From Verrucomicrobiota bacterium (GTDB lineage: Bacteria > Verrucomicrobiota > Verrucomicrobiia > Limisphaerales > UBA11358): a stretch of 64,000 bases of DNA. The notes beneath the pieces were generated by a model. The model was not told the DNA's origin and did not search any database. It was given only the letters and a program-made list of their open reading frames with translations. Below, in pieces: positions 26,939-36,578 of the stretch; position 1 is the first letter of the stretch, and the number at the start of each line of letters is the position of its first letter. A program made the position numbers and the translations under genes. The DNA is taken from positions 81,231-145,230 of the forward strand of contig JBEKXN010000004.1 in assembly GCA_049511835.1 (NCBI GenBank), given 5' to 3'.

Positions 26939-26992
26939 GTTGAAAACATAAATTTGCCGAGCCGGCAAACTTGTGATTTTGTATGGACTGAG

Positions 26993-28063
26993 ATGAAACT
27001 TGGACTGGGTTTGTATCGGCACATGCTGACGCGCGAAAATTTCCAATTTGCGCGGCAGGCCGGAGCCACGCACATCGTGGCACATCTGGTGGATTACTTC
27101 AAAGGCGGCGCTCATAATCCCCGCGGCAACCAACCCACCGGCGGCGAATGCGGCTGGGGGCGGGCCGGAGATCCCGACAAGCTTTGGACGTTCGAGGAGT
27201 TGCTGGAATTGCGCCGGGCCGTCGAAGCCGAAGGGCTGACGCTTGAGGCCATTGAAAACTTCGACCCCGCCCACTGGTACGACGTTCTGTTGAATGGCCC
27301 GAAAAAAAAGCAGCAACTCGAAAATCTGAAGGACATAATCCGGAACCTCGGCAAGGCGGGGATTCCGATCATGGGATATAATTTCAGCATCGCGGGCGTC
27401 TGCGGGCGGACCCAACGTCCCTACGCGCGGGGCGACGCAATGTCAGTGGGGATGGAAGGTCCGCTCGAGGTGCCCATGCCAAACGGCATGGTCTGGAACA
27501 TGGTCTATGACCCCAAGGCCCAGCCCGGCGCCGTCCCCTCCATCACCAGTGAAAAACTGTGGAAACGCCTCGGCGTTTTTCTTGAAGCACTGGTGCCGGT
27601 TGCCGAACAGGCGGGCGTCAAACTCGCCTTGCATCCGGATGATCCGCCGCTGCCAACGATGCGCGGTCAGCCCCGGCTCGTCTATCAGCCGTGCCTTTAC
27701 CAGCGGGTCATCGATTTGAAACCCAGCCCGGCCAACGCTCTGGAATTCTGCCTGGGGTCGCTCGCCGAAATGACGGAGGGCGATATTTACGAAGCCGCGG
27801 AACAATACAGCCGGCAAAACAAACTGGCTTACGTTCATTTCCGCAACGTCACCGGCAAAGTGCCTTCCTATCGCGAAACCTTCATTGATGACGGCGACAT
27901 TGACATGCTCCGCATCCTGCGCATTCTGAAAAGGAACAAGTTCGAAGGCGTTCTGATCCCCGATCACACTCCGCAAATGTCCTGCGGCGCGCCCTGGCAC
28001 GCGGGAATGGCGTTCGCCATGGGCTATATGCGGGCGGCATTGCAACACCTCGAAAAGGAATGA
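26993..28063 (+). CDS. uxuA: mannonate dehydratase
   Basis: [29 protein letters not shown] is a UxuA N-terminus. LHPDDPP and the length fit. The ORF is open from 26783, but that extension covers a repeat element. Confidence 0.8.
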   Translation: MKLGLGLYRHMLTRENFQFARQAGATHIVAHLVDYFKGGAHNPRGNQPTGGECGWGRAGDPDKLWTFEELLELRRAVEAEGLTLEAIENFDPAHWYDVLLNGPKKKQQLENLKDIIRNLGKAGIPIMGYNFSIAGVCGRTQRPYARGDAMSVGMEGPLEVPMPNGMVWNMVYDPKAQPGAVPSITSEKLWKRLGVFLEALVPVAEQAGVKLALHPDDPPLPTMRGQPRLVYQPCLYQRVIDLKPSPANALEFCLGSLAEMTEGDIYEAAEQYSRQNKLAYVHFRNVTGKVPSYRETFIDDGDIDMLRILRILKRNKFEGVLIPDHTPQMSCGAPWHAGMAFAMGYMRAALQHLEKE

Positions 28064-28073
28064 GTCCGGCACC

Positions 28074-28832
28074 ATGAAAAATCCGTTCTCACTAAAAGGC
28101 GAAACCGCACTCATCACCGGCGGCGGCAGCGGCCTTGGTTTGGGGATCGCCACCTGCTTCACGCAGGCGGGGGCCCGCGTTGTCCTGGTGGGACGCCGCG
28201 CGGATGTTCTTGAAAAAGCGGCGCGTAAACTGGGCAAGGCCGCCATTTTTGAACCGCATGATATCACGAGGTTCGACGAAGCCGGGGAGCTGCTTCAACG
28301 CATCAACAAACGCGCCGGACACATTTCCATCCTCGTGAACAACGCCGGCATTCACCTCAAAAAGCCGGCGGTGGACACGACGCCCGCTGAATTCAATGCC
28401 ATGCTGCAAACCCACGTCGTCGCGGCATTCAGTCTCACGCGGGCCGTGCTGCCGGACATGATCAAGCGTGGACATGGCAATATTCTGTTCATCGCTTCGA
28501 TGGCATCGCTGTTCGGCATTCCGCTGGTAACGGCGTACTCGGCGGCAAAATCGGCTTATTTGGGAATGGTCCGCTCGCTGTCAACCGAGGTTTCGCAGCA
28601 CCGGGTTCGCGTGAATGCCATTGCGCCCGGCTGGATCGAATCGGACATGATGCGCGAATCGCTGAAGGGCGACCCGGGGCGTGCCCAAAAAATACTCGGG
28701 CGCACGCCCATGAATTGCTACGGAAAAGCGGAGGACATTGGTTTGGCGGCGACCTATCTGTGTTCTCCCGCAGCTCGATTTGTCACGGGAATCGTCCTTC
28801 CCGTTGACGGCGGAGCAAGCATCGGCTTTTGA
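28074..28832 (+). CDS. SDR-family oxidoreductase (gluconate-5-dehydrogenase/KduD-like)
   Basis: [14 protein letters not shown] and YSAAKSA (YxxxK). Confidence 0.8.
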   Translation: MKNPFSLKGETALITGGGSGLGLGIATCFTQAGARVVLVGRRADVLEKAARKLGKAAIFEPHDITRFDEAGELLQRINKRAGHISILVNNAGIHLKKPAVDTTPAEFNAMLQTHVVAAFSLTRAVLPDMIKRGHGNILFIASMASLFGIPLVTAYSAAKSAYLGMVRSLSTEVSQHRVRVNAIAPGWIESDMMRESLKGDPGRAQKILGRTPMNCYGKAEDIGLAATYLCSPAARFVTGIVLPVDGGASIGF

Positions 28833-28861
28833 TCGGGAGCCAGCATCCGTCCTTCCTGGCG

Positions 28862-28909
28862 GCATAGCGGAGGGTGGACGTGTTTGGCGGCTTGCGTTTG
28901 TCCATCCGG
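28862..28909 (+). repeat. conserved upstream module, copy 2 (ends 55 nt before the ATG at 28964)
   Basis: catagcggagggtggacgtgtttggcggcttgcgtttgtccatccgg. Confidence 0.6.
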
Positions 28910-28963
28910 ACTGAAATCGCTTTTCGATCACGGCATTGGCCAATTACACTGCGCAACTAATTG

Positions 28964-29560
28964 ATGAATATTTCCATCATCCTTGCGCACCCGAATCCGG
29001 GCAGCTTCAACCACGCCATCGCCAACACGGCGGCGGACACGCTTCGCCGGAACGGCCATCAAGTCATCCTTCACGACCTCTGCCAGGAACAATTTCCACC
29101 GCTGCTTTCCGCGGCGGAACTCCGGAAGGACGCCAAGCTCGATCCGTTTGTGGCCCGGCACTGCAATGAAATCACCAAGGCCGACGGCATCATCATCGTG
29201 CATCCGAACTGGTGGGGCATGCCGCCGGCCATCCTCAAAGGCTGGATTGACCGTGTGCTCCGGCCCGAAGTGGCGTATCGCTTTATCGAAGGCGACAAGG
29301 GCGAAGGCGTGCCCGTCGGCTTGCTGAAAGCGAAGGCAGCGATTATTTTCAACACCGCTAACACGACTGAGGCGCGCGAGCGGAAAGTATTCGGTGACCC
29401 GCTGGAAACGCTCTGGGAAAATTGCGTGTTCGACTTGTGCGGTGTGAAGAACGTCCATCGCTGGACGTTCGCCGTGGTCGTCACCAGCACGCGACAGCAG
29501 CGAGCCAAATGGCTGGCTGAGGTGCGGGAGATTGTCGCCCAGCGCTTTCCCGTCGGATGA
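28964..29560 (+). CDS. flavodoxin-like fold NAD(P)H dehydrogenase (quinone) family protein
   Basis: MNISIILAHPNPGSFNHAIA and IIIVHPNWWGMPPAILKGWIDRV (Flavodoxin_2 pattern). Confidence 0.75.
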   Translation: MNISIILAHPNPGSFNHAIANTAADTLRRNGHQVILHDLCQEQFPPLLSAAELRKDAKLDPFVARHCNEITKADGIIIVHPNWWGMPPAILKGWIDRVLRPEVAYRFIEGDKGEGVPVGLLKAKAAIIFNTANTTEARERKVFGDPLETLWENCVFDLCGVKNVHRWTFAVVVTSTRQQRAKWLAEVREIVAQRFPVG

Positions 29561-29589
29561 ATACCCGCTCGTGTGACTTTTCGCGAATC

Positions 29590-29641
29590 CGGTAGGGCCG
29601 AGCTGCTGCTCGGCCAGGACGCGCCGCAGCGCGTCCCTACC
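29590..29641. repeat. GGTAGGG...CCCTACC clamp element enclosing two hairpins
   Basis: ggtaggg, then ccgagc-tgctg-ctcgg, then ggacgcgc-cgca-gcgcgtcc, then the closing cctacc. Confidence 0.6.
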
Positions 29642-29691
29642 ATGTCTTCGAGCTTTTCAAACAGCTCGTAACTTATAATCATCCGCCCCGC

Positions 29692-30501
29692 ATGAGCATT
29701 GCCTATCAAGTTGTCGTTTGCGGCAGCGTTGTGCCGGACCCGCTCCAGACGCTGGAGCCGGTGACCGGCCCGGCCGGCCCCGCGTTGAAAAATGAAATGA
29801 TGTTGCCCGCCATTCTTGACCCATGGGCCAGCCACGCGCTCTACGAGGCCGCGAATCTCGTGAAGAACGCGCCCGGCAGCAAAGTCTGGCTCGTCAGCCT
29901 CGGCCCCAAGGCCAAGCTCCAGCAAGTGATGATGACCGTCGCGCAAAAGGTGCCGTTCGAACTTGTCGCGCTCGACGGCCCGGCCAGCGGATTCACCGAG
30001 GCCGCGGAAGTCGCCGCCGCCCTCGCCGATGCCATCCAAAACATCCCCGGCCTCGACAAATCCAGGCTGCTCGTATTTGGCGGCTGGGAATCCGCGTCGC
30101 GCGGCGCGGGCGCCACGATGCAGATGGTCGGCGAACGTCTCGGCATCGTGGACCAGTTTCAAGGTGTGGATGAACTGAAAATCGCCGCTGACGGTTCGCT
30201 CGAAATTCTGGAGCGCATCGAAGGCGGCAAACATCAGATTTCGAAGTGCGCCGGTCCGCCCGCCTTGCTCGGCTGGGCCACCGGCAACCTGCCGGAACCC
30301 AAGAACAATCCGCAGGTGGGCATGGTGAACATGCGCACCGTGATGCCGGCGTTGCAAAAGGCCAAGCCGGCGAAGCTCGCCGGTGAAGGGTTGAGCTTCG
30401 CGAGCGTCTCGCTCCCGAAACAATTGCGTGAAACCAAAATCGTGAAGGACAAATCGGCCGACGACATCGCGAAGGAAATTGTGGAATGGATCAAGAAATA
30501 A
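29692..30501 (+). CDS. etfB: electron transfer flavoprotein beta subunit (divergent)
   Basis: VVCGSVVPDP...ILDPWASHALYEAANL fits the EtfB pattern (VPD, NP.D..ALE). Length and adjacency to etfA support the call. Confidence 0.65.
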   Translation: MSIAYQVVVCGSVVPDPLQTLEPVTGPAGPALKNEMMLPAILDPWASHALYEAANLVKNAPGSKVWLVSLGPKAKLQQVMMTVAQKVPFELVALDGPASGFTEAAEVAAALADAIQNIPGLDKSRLLVFGGWESASRGAGATMQMVGERLGIVDQFQGVDELKIAADGSLEILERIEGGKHQISKCAGPPALLGWATGNLPEPKNNPQVGMVNMRTVMPALQKAKPAKLAGEGLSFASVSLPKQLRETKIVKDKSADDIAKEIVEWIKK

Positions 30502-30506
30502 AAACC

Positions 30507-30564
30507 GGGAGGGACGGCATGTTGCCGTCCCAAATATAAGGGACGCCGACACGGCGTCCCTCCC
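30507..30564. repeat. twin-hairpin REP-like element in the etfB-etfA spacer
   Basis: ggga, then gggacggca-tg-ttgccgtccc, then aaatataa, then gggacgcc-gaca-cggcgtccc, then tccc. An inverted copy lies at 47553-47610. Confidence 0.75.
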
Positions 30565-30576
30565 AACAAAACGATT

Positions 30577-31611
30577 ATGGAAACAATTTTACTTCTCGCC
30601 CACACCGAAGCCGACGGTTCGCTTGCCAAATCCGCCCGCGAAGCGTTGCGCGCGGCCCGCACCCTGAACCAATCGCTCGCCGGCTCCAGCCTCGTCGTGG
30701 GCCTCGTCGGCGAAAATGTCCAGGCGGCCGCGGATTCCATCGCCGCCTGTCCCGCCACGAAATATTTCGGCGTGGCTGGCAAGGACTTTGCCCCGTCGCG
30801 CTACGCGTCCGATGCTGCTGCTGCGGAAGCCGTTTGCAAGGCGGCCCAGGCCACGATTGTCGTTGCACCGGCGACGTCGCGCTGGGCGCGTGTATTGCCA
30901 GGCGTCGCGCAACGCCTCGGCGGACGCGCCGACACCCACGTGACCGGTGTGGCCGATGCGAGCGGCAAGCCGGCCATCAACCGCTGGTATTACCGCCAGC
31001 GCATGGAAGCCACGCTCACCCGCGCGCAACGGCCCTGGTTCATTCTCGTTGACCCCGGCAGCCAGACCGCCTGCGAATGCGGCGCCGGTACGGCCAAGGT
31101 TGAAACAGTAACGGTGAATCTGCCGGACAATTGCAAACGCACCACGGTGGTTGGCCTGCGCGAACCGAAGGCGGATGCCCAGACCATCCGGCCCGACGCG
31201 GAACTGCTCTTCGTGACCGGCGCGGGCTGGACGAAGAAACAGGCCGACGGCCAAACGCACGTGCCGGAGGCGGAAAAACTCATTCGCGGTTTTCTCCAAG
31301 TCAGCCGCGCGTCGCTGGGAAGCAGCAAATCGCTGGTGGACCTCGGCGGCGAAGGCCAGGCCGTGCTGTCATTCCTGTCGCACCTGAACCAGATTGGCCA
31401 GACCGGCTCGACGCCGCGTCATGCGAAGGGATTGAGCACCTGCTGTCATGGCGAGGAACCGCACACCGTCGGCTGGCGATTCATCAACGAACGCCGCGCC
31501 ATCAGTCTGGACCCGAACTGCGGCTGGGCGCGCGGCAAGGCGGACGTCCTCTACGTCGCCGACGCCTTCGCCGTGATAGGAAAAGTGAACGAACTGCTCG
31601 CGGCGAAGTAG
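30577..31611 (+). CDS. etfA: electron transfer flavoprotein alpha subunit (divergent)
   Basis: The N-terminal ETF domain and the C-terminal QIGQTG...AISLD...ADVLYVADAFAVIGKVNELL are collinear with EtfA. Confidence 0.6.
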   Translation: METILLLAHTEADGSLAKSAREALRAARTLNQSLAGSSLVVGLVGENVQAAADSIAACPATKYFGVAGKDFAPSRYASDAAAAEAVCKAAQATIVVAPATSRWARVLPGVAQRLGGRADTHVTGVADASGKPAINRWYYRQRMEATLTRAQRPWFILVDPGSQTACECGAGTAKVETVTVNLPDNCKRTTVVGLREPKADAQTIRPDAELLFVTGAGWTKKQADGQTHVPEAEKLIRGFLQVSRASLGSSKSLVDLGGEGQAVLSFLSHLNQIGQTGSTPRHAKGLSTCCHGEEPHTVGWRFINERRAISLDPNCGWARGKADVLYVADAFAVIGKVNELLAAK

Positions 31612-31669
31612 CCGCCGATGTTAATCGGCGCTCGTATTCCTGTAGGAGCCGAGGTGACGAGGCTCAAAT

Positions 31670-32878
31670 CTATTCAGGATTTGGCTTCGGCTGGTTCCCG
31701 TTTGCCGCACCGCTTGGTTGGGCGCTGCTTTCTTTCTGCCAGTGACTGAGCAGTTCTGAATTGTCAACCCACAAAGCGAAATACGGAGTCTTCGCGCCGC
31801 GCTGGCGCAGAAAGATCAGGAAAGGGCGATCCAGCACAAAGTATGTTGGGACAGGCATGCAGTACATTTTGCTTTCGGATTTCAATTCGGCGCCACTTCG
31901 ATCAAGGCGAAACAGAATATCCTGTTCGGCAACGTCGAGCCGCTGGCCCTTCAGTTTCGCATTCGTGAATGCTTTACCTTCCAGTTCAGAGAAATGATGG
32001 GAAAGTTGCCAGAGCAAATTCGGCACCAGCAAAACGTCGTTTGGCCCCACCGTGCGAAGGTATTCAGCGGAATCAGGCCGACTGCGGTCAAGCGCGTCCA
32101 TTTCCCTGGATTCTTTGTCAACCCGGGCAACTGCTGCGGCCAGTGTAGGCTCCCGGTTGATCCGGGCGACCACGATTTGGCTAGGCATGGAATCAGGACA
32201 AAGGTCAATGGCAAACTCCAGACTTTCCTCACGCTCCTCTCCCTTACGGAACAGAACCCAAGGCTGTTTTCTGAGCTTGTCGTATGCGTAATCATCCTCG
32301 GGACGAATGCCAAAGGAAACAACCGGAGTCTTTCGGCCTTCCGAATCCTTGAATTCGAGCGGCTGGCGGTTTTGAAAGTAAGGCAGCGAAAACTTCACGC
32401 TGGCTTCAAGGTAGGAATAGGCAACGAAAGAATTCGGCGTGATTCCGGGGAACGTTGGCGCCTGTTTGGATGGGAACTTCTGAACCAACTCCCTCTGGAT
32501 GCGCTCAATAATGCCTTCTTGTTTCCAGCCCGAGGCAACATACAGTGCTGCTTGAGGAACTGCTGGCCTGGGGTCTGGTGCACTGTTGAGGGAGGGAACA
32601 ATCCCTCCTTGTCCTTCCAATGAGATAGGCTCTTGTGCTACTTGTTCCGTAAGGGTCTTCCAGGCGGCGAGGAACGACGCGCACCAGATTGCATTCTTGC
32701 CTTCTGGAATCGGCGCCTCCAGGGTCGCGACAACCTCTGTGGACTTGGGAGCATCGAGGAGCATGGCAGCGACTGGAGCATCAACCGTCATAGGAACGAC
32801 TGGCGCGTCAGTGTGCCGGGAACACGAACAGGCGACAGTCGATATCAACGCCACTACTACTACAGGCCAGTTCTTCAT
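31670..32878 (-). CDS. serpin-fold lipoprotein (divergent, short reactive-centre region)
   Basis: Lipobox-like LISTVACSC. The C-terminus ...LFRLDRSGAELKSESKMYCMPVPTYFVLDRPFLIFLRQRGAKTPYFALWVDNSELL parallels the serpin hinge and s5B signature (EEGTEAAA...F.ADRPFLF.IR....ILF.GRV.NP). Confidence 0.5.
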   Translation of the reverse strand: MKNWPVVVVALISTVACSCSRHTDAPVVPMTVDAPVAAMLLDAPKSTEVVATLEAPIPEGKNAIWCASFLAAWKTLTEQVAQEPISLEGQGGIVPSLNSAPDPRPAVPQAALYVASGWKQEGIIERIQRELVQKFPSKQAPTFPGITPNSFVAYSYLEASVKFSLPYFQNRQPLEFKDSEGRKTPVVSFGIRPEDDYAYDKLRKQPWVLFRKGEEREESLEFAIDLCPDSMPSQIVVARINREPTLAAAVARVDKESREMDALDRSRPDSAEYLRTVGPNDVLLVPNLLWQLSHHFSELEGKAFTNAKLKGQRLDVAEQDILFRLDRSGAELKSESKMYCMPVPTYFVLDRPFLIFLRQRGAKTPYFALWVDNSELLSHWQKESSAQPSGAANGNQPKPNPE

Positions 32879-32916
32879 AAGTTAAGAAATGATTTGCTCC
32901 CAACTTTATTCAAACA

Positions 32917-33032
32917 AACTCACTTTGTCATTTGCTGTCTTTTGCCGGAAAAAGCCAAAGTCCGAATGCCTTGTCCCTTCCCGCCCGCCTGACTTCGCGG
33001 GCATGATGCGCCCCGGCCATGACCAGTCAACC
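32917..33032 (+). repeat. 116-nt direct repeat, copy 1 (flanks the lysA-like gene)
   Basis: Differs from 34621-34736 at 4 positions. Contains the hairpin gcccgc-ctgacttc-gcgggc. Confidence 0.9.
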
Positions 33033-33066
33033 CCTTTTGGTTTGCCCGCGGCCGGGCGCGGAGGTT

Positions 33067-33214
33067 TTAACGCAAAGGCGCAAAGACGCAGAGGCGCAAA
33101 GGTCTGAACTCAAGGCAATTTCAGGAAAACCAAGCCGTCGTTCCGTGTCTGGTTGCCAAGGTAACCCGATCCGGCAATTCTTCGCGTCTTTGCGCCTTGG
33201 CGTCTTGGCGTTAA
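33067..33214. repeat. MITE-like element bounded by imperfect inverted repeats
   Basis: Left arm ttaacgcaaaggcgcaaagacgc. Right arm gcgtctttgcgccttggcgtcttggcgttaa. Confidence 0.55.
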
Positions 33215-33266
33215 TAATTTGAAGACAGATACCCAAGGCATTGCCCCGGGCCTGGCAAAGCAACGT

Positions 33267-34598
33267 TCACTTCGCCCGCCTTTTCAGAAATGCCGGCGTC
33301 ACCTCATTCTGCAGTATCTGGTCCAACGTCTGGCGTTTTCGGATAAGCTCGACCGAGCCGTTTCTGGAGATCATGACTTCCGCAGCTTCCGGGAAAGAAT
33401 TATAGTTCTTGGCCGCCATGCTCGAGCAATAGGCTCCAGCGCCGCCGAACACCACCAGGTCGCCAATCCGTGTTTCCGGGAGCAGACGCGGTTGCAGGCC
33501 TTCCGGGCTTCCCGGGGCGGGTGTGAGCACGTCGCCACTTTCGCAGCAGTGTCCAACGACGACATACTTTACCCGGCTGCGTCCTCTTGTCGCGCCACGC
33601 ACGACTTCGATGGGATGTTGTGCCCCGTACATGCCGGGCCGGAGCATCTCGGTCATCCCGGTGTCCACCTTGAGAAACTTATAACCGCGGCGCCCCGTAT
33701 CCACGATGTCGATGACCGTCGCGATCAGGGCGCAGGAATTGGCCACCAGATACGTGCCTGGCTCCACTTCAAGATGCAGCCTTCGCCCATGTTTTGCTTC
33801 GAACGATCGAAACGCCTCTATGATGGGAAGGCCGATCTTCTGCAAGTCGGTCGTTTCTTCGCCCTTCACCCTGCCGATTTTATATCCGCCACCCAGATTC
33901 AGCACGGTCACGTCACGCAGGCGCGAGCAGGTGTCCAATGACATCAACGCCACGTGTTGCCAAACCTTCGGGTCGCTCCCCGATCCAATGTGCGTGTGCA
34001 GACGAGTGAACTTGAGGCCATACTTCCGTCCGGCTGCCAGCGCCTCGTCCAGATGTTCATGCCAGATGCCGAAACTGGCCGAAGGCCCGCCGACGTTTGT
34101 CCGGTTGTTGTGCCCCGAACCCAGACCGGGATTGACCCGAATCGACAGTTGACGGCCGGGAAACAGTGCCCCGAATGCGTGGATTTGTGCAATCGAGCAG
34201 GCATTGAACAGGACTCCCCTGGTCACCAGCTCCTTCAGATTGTCCGGCACCTGTTGCGCTGTGAGTTGAATTCTTTCGGGGGAAACACCGGCGCGGAGCG
34301 CGCGCTCGACCTCATGGCCGCTGCTGGCATCAATATGCAGACCGGCATCGGCCAACATCTTGATCACTGCGCTTGTTGGACAAGCCTTCGCCGCATAACG
34401 GGTCGTCAGGCCGAAAGCATTGGGAAAGCCGAGTACCAGGAGAGCCTGATGCTCCAACGTCCTCTGATCATATACGAAAACCGGTGTCCCAAACTTCCGA
34501 TGGATGGAACGGGTTTTAGCTTCAGTAAGAAACGGGACCGACTTCATGCTCGCTCTCTTTTGTGTCATGCTCTTTCTGTCCTTCACGTCCGTTTGCAA
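33267..34598 (-). CDS. lysA: PLP-dependent fold-III decarboxylase, diaminopimelate decarboxylase-like
   Basis: FGTPVFVYD, HTHIGSG, NLGGGY, EPGTYLVA and CCESGD. Several in-frame Met starts are possible (M1, M11, M18). Confidence 0.6.
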   Translation of the reverse strand: MQTDVKDRKSMTQKRASMKSVPFLTEAKTRSIHRKFGTPVFVYDQRTLEHQALLVLGFPNAFGLTTRYAAKACPTSAVIKMLADAGLHIDASSGHEVERALRAGVSPERIQLTAQQVPDNLKELVTRGVLFNACSIAQIHAFGALFPGRQLSIRVNPGLGSGHNNRTNVGGPSASFGIWHEHLDEALAAGRKYGLKFTRLHTHIGSGSDPKVWQHVALMSLDTCSRLRDVTVLNLGGGYKIGRVKGEETTDLQKIGLPIIEAFRSFEAKHGRRLHLEVEPGTYLVANSCALIATVIDIVDTGRRGYKFLKVDTGMTEMLRPGMYGAQHPIEVVRGATRGRSRVKYVVVGHCCESGDVLTPAPGSPEGLQPRLLPETRIGDLVVFGGAGAYCSSMAAKNYNSFPEAAEVMISRNGSVELIRKRQTLDQILQNEVTPAFLKRRAK

Positions 34599-34620
34599 GG
34601 CTAACAGAATTAATGGGGTA

Positions 34621-34736
34621 AACTCACTTTGTCATTGGATGTCTTTTGCCGGGAAAAGCCAAACTCCGAATGCCTTGTCCCTTCCCGCCCGCCTGACTTC
34701 GCGGGCATGATGCGCCCCGGCCATGACCAGTCAACC
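34621..34736 (+). repeat. 116-nt direct repeat, copy 2
   Basis: See 32917-33032. Confidence 0.9.
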
Positions 34737-34996
34737 AATTTTGGAGTAGCGGTAAATTATGGAACCTTTGGTGGGGCGAGCGTACTCGCGAGCCGGACTT
34801 GGCGTGCCAAAGCAACGAAACAGCGGCTCGTCAGTAGCCTCGCCCCACCAAACTTTACCAATGCCTCTTTTTGGTTTGTCCCGGCTCGCGGTGTTTCCTT
34901 AATGTAAATTTGCGATAATTCGTGGAATTCGTGTAAAAATGTTTTGCGTTAAGATTTCAGATTGATGTCCGGCCCCGGTTCGACCATAACTTTCCC

Positions 34997-36523
34997 ATGT
35001 TAGCGAGGGTCTGTTCCGCCGCGCTCAATGGCATTGAAGCGTATCCCGTCGAAGTCGAGGTCAACGCCGGTTACGGTGACACCCTGGTCGTCATCGTCGG
35101 CCTGCCGGATGCCGCGGTGAAGGAATCGCGCGACCGTGTCTCCACCGCGCTCACCAATTCCGGTTTCAAATTTCCGATGGGCCGCACGACCATCAACCTC
35201 GCGCCCGCCGACGTGAAAAAGGAGGGGCCGAGCTTCGACCTGCCCATCGCCGTCGGCATGCTCGCCGCCGGGGAACAAATCGAAACCGACCAGCTTGACA
35301 ATTTTGTCATCGTGGGCGAACTCGCGCTGACCGGCGCGGTGCGTCCGTGCAAAGGCGTTTTGCCCGTCGCGCTGCGTGCGCGCGCCGACGGCAAGGTTGG
35401 CGTGCTGGTGCCGGCGGAAAACGCCGCTGAAGCCGCCGTCGTCGAAGGATTGCAAGTCATCCCGGTACAAAATTTGCGCGAGGCCGCGGGCTTTCTCGAA
35501 GGCGAGATCAAAATCGCGCCGGTAAAGGTGGACATCGCCAAAATTTTCGATCAAGCGCACGACGACGACTTGGATTTTGCCGAGGTCAAGGGCCAGGAAA
35601 ATGTAAAACGCGCATTGGAAATCGCTGCCGCCGGCGGACACAACGCGCTGCTCATCGGCCCGCCGGGCACCGGCAAGTCCATGCTCGCCAAGCGGCTGCC
35701 GACAATTTTGCCGCCGCTGACCCTGGACGAGGCGCTGGAGACCACGAAGATTCACAGCATCGTCGGGCTGCTGGCCCCGGGACAGGCGCTGGTGACGCGG
35801 CGACCGTTCCGCACGCCGCATCACACAGCCAGCGACGCCGGCCTGCTCGGCGGCAACATCAATCCGACGCCGGGCGAAATTTCGCTCGCGCACAACGGCG
35901 TTTTGTTCCTGGACGAACTGCCGGAGTTCAAGCGCAGTGTGCTGGAGACCATGCGCCAGCCGCTGGAAGACGGACGCGTGACCATTTCCCGCGCGGCGGG
36001 CACCATGACGTTTCCGTCGCAATTCATGCTGGTGGCGGCAATGAACCCGACGCCGGACGGCAAAATGCCGCATGAATCGAGAAGCTCCCCGCGCGAGATC
36101 CAGAATTATCTGGGCCGGATATCCGGGCCGTTGCTGGATCGGATTGATTTGCACGTGGAAGTGCCGCCGGTGAAATTCCGGGAAATCGCCGGTGACCGCA
36201 CGGGCGAAACCTCGGCGCAAATCCGTGAGCGCGTCGTGGCCGCGCGCCGCCGCCAGCACGAACGGTTCAAGTCCAAGCCGAAGATCACCTGCAACGCCCG
36301 GATGGGCACGCGTGAATTGAAGCAGTTCTGCGAGCTGGATGAGGGGACGAAGGAACTGCTGAAAAACGCGATGGCCGATTTGAATTTGAGTGCCCGGGCC
36401 TACGACCGGATTTTGAAGGTGGCGCGAACGATTGCGGACCTGGCCGGCTCGGAAAAAATCCTGAGCGACCATATTTCGGAAGCGATCCAATACCGCTCTT
36501 TGGACCGGCAGATTTGGGCATGA
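34997..36523 (+). CDS. comM: YifB/ComM family Mg-chelatase-like AAA+ ATPase
   Basis: N-terminal Lon-protease-like domain ([11 protein letters not shown]...[13 protein letters not shown]). Walker A motif [19 protein letters not shown]. Confidence 0.85.
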   Translation: MLARVCSAALNGIEAYPVEVEVNAGYGDTLVVIVGLPDAAVKESRDRVSTALTNSGFKFPMGRTTINLAPADVKKEGPSFDLPIAVGMLAAGEQIETDQLDNFVIVGELALTGAVRPCKGVLPVALRARADGKVGVLVPAENAAEAAVVEGLQVIPVQNLREAAGFLEGEIKIAPVKVDIAKIFDQAHDDDLDFAEVKGQENVKRALEIAAAGGHNALLIGPPGTGKSMLAKRLPTILPPLTLDEALETTKIHSIVGLLAPGQALVTRRPFRTPHHTASDAGLLGGNINPTPGEISLAHNGVLFLDELPEFKRSVLETMRQPLEDGRVTISRAAGTMTFPSQFMLVAAMNPTPDGKMPHESRSSPREIQNYLGRISGPLLDRIDLHVEVPPVKFREIAGDRTGETSAQIRERVVAARRRQHERFKSKPKITCNARMGTRELKQFCELDEGTKELLKNAMADLNLSARAYDRILKVARTIADLAGSEKILSDHISEAIQYRSLDRQIWA

Positions 36524-36578
36524 AAATGTTCAAAGGATTTGTCGTTCCAGATTGTCTAACTTGGTAAAAGAAAGCCGC

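Noticed and set aside
26783-26992. 70-codon extension upstream of uxuA.
   Set aside because: It runs through the repeat module at 26883-26938. The canonical UxuA N-terminus [10 protein letters not shown] begins at 26993.
32889-33107. Small ORFs sharing ...LVPSRPPDFAGMMRPGHDQS (also 34629..34907), and ORFs sharing GRHVAVPN(I/F)RDADTASLP (30479..30667 and 47432..47620).
   Set aside because: These peptides are translations of the 116-nt direct repeat and the twin-hairpin element, not independent genes.
36524-36578. ECF-type autoregulated promoter upstream of the sigma gene.
   Set aside because: I could not find a convincing GGAAC-N16/17-CGT-like pair in this short spacer by eye. I leave it uncalled.
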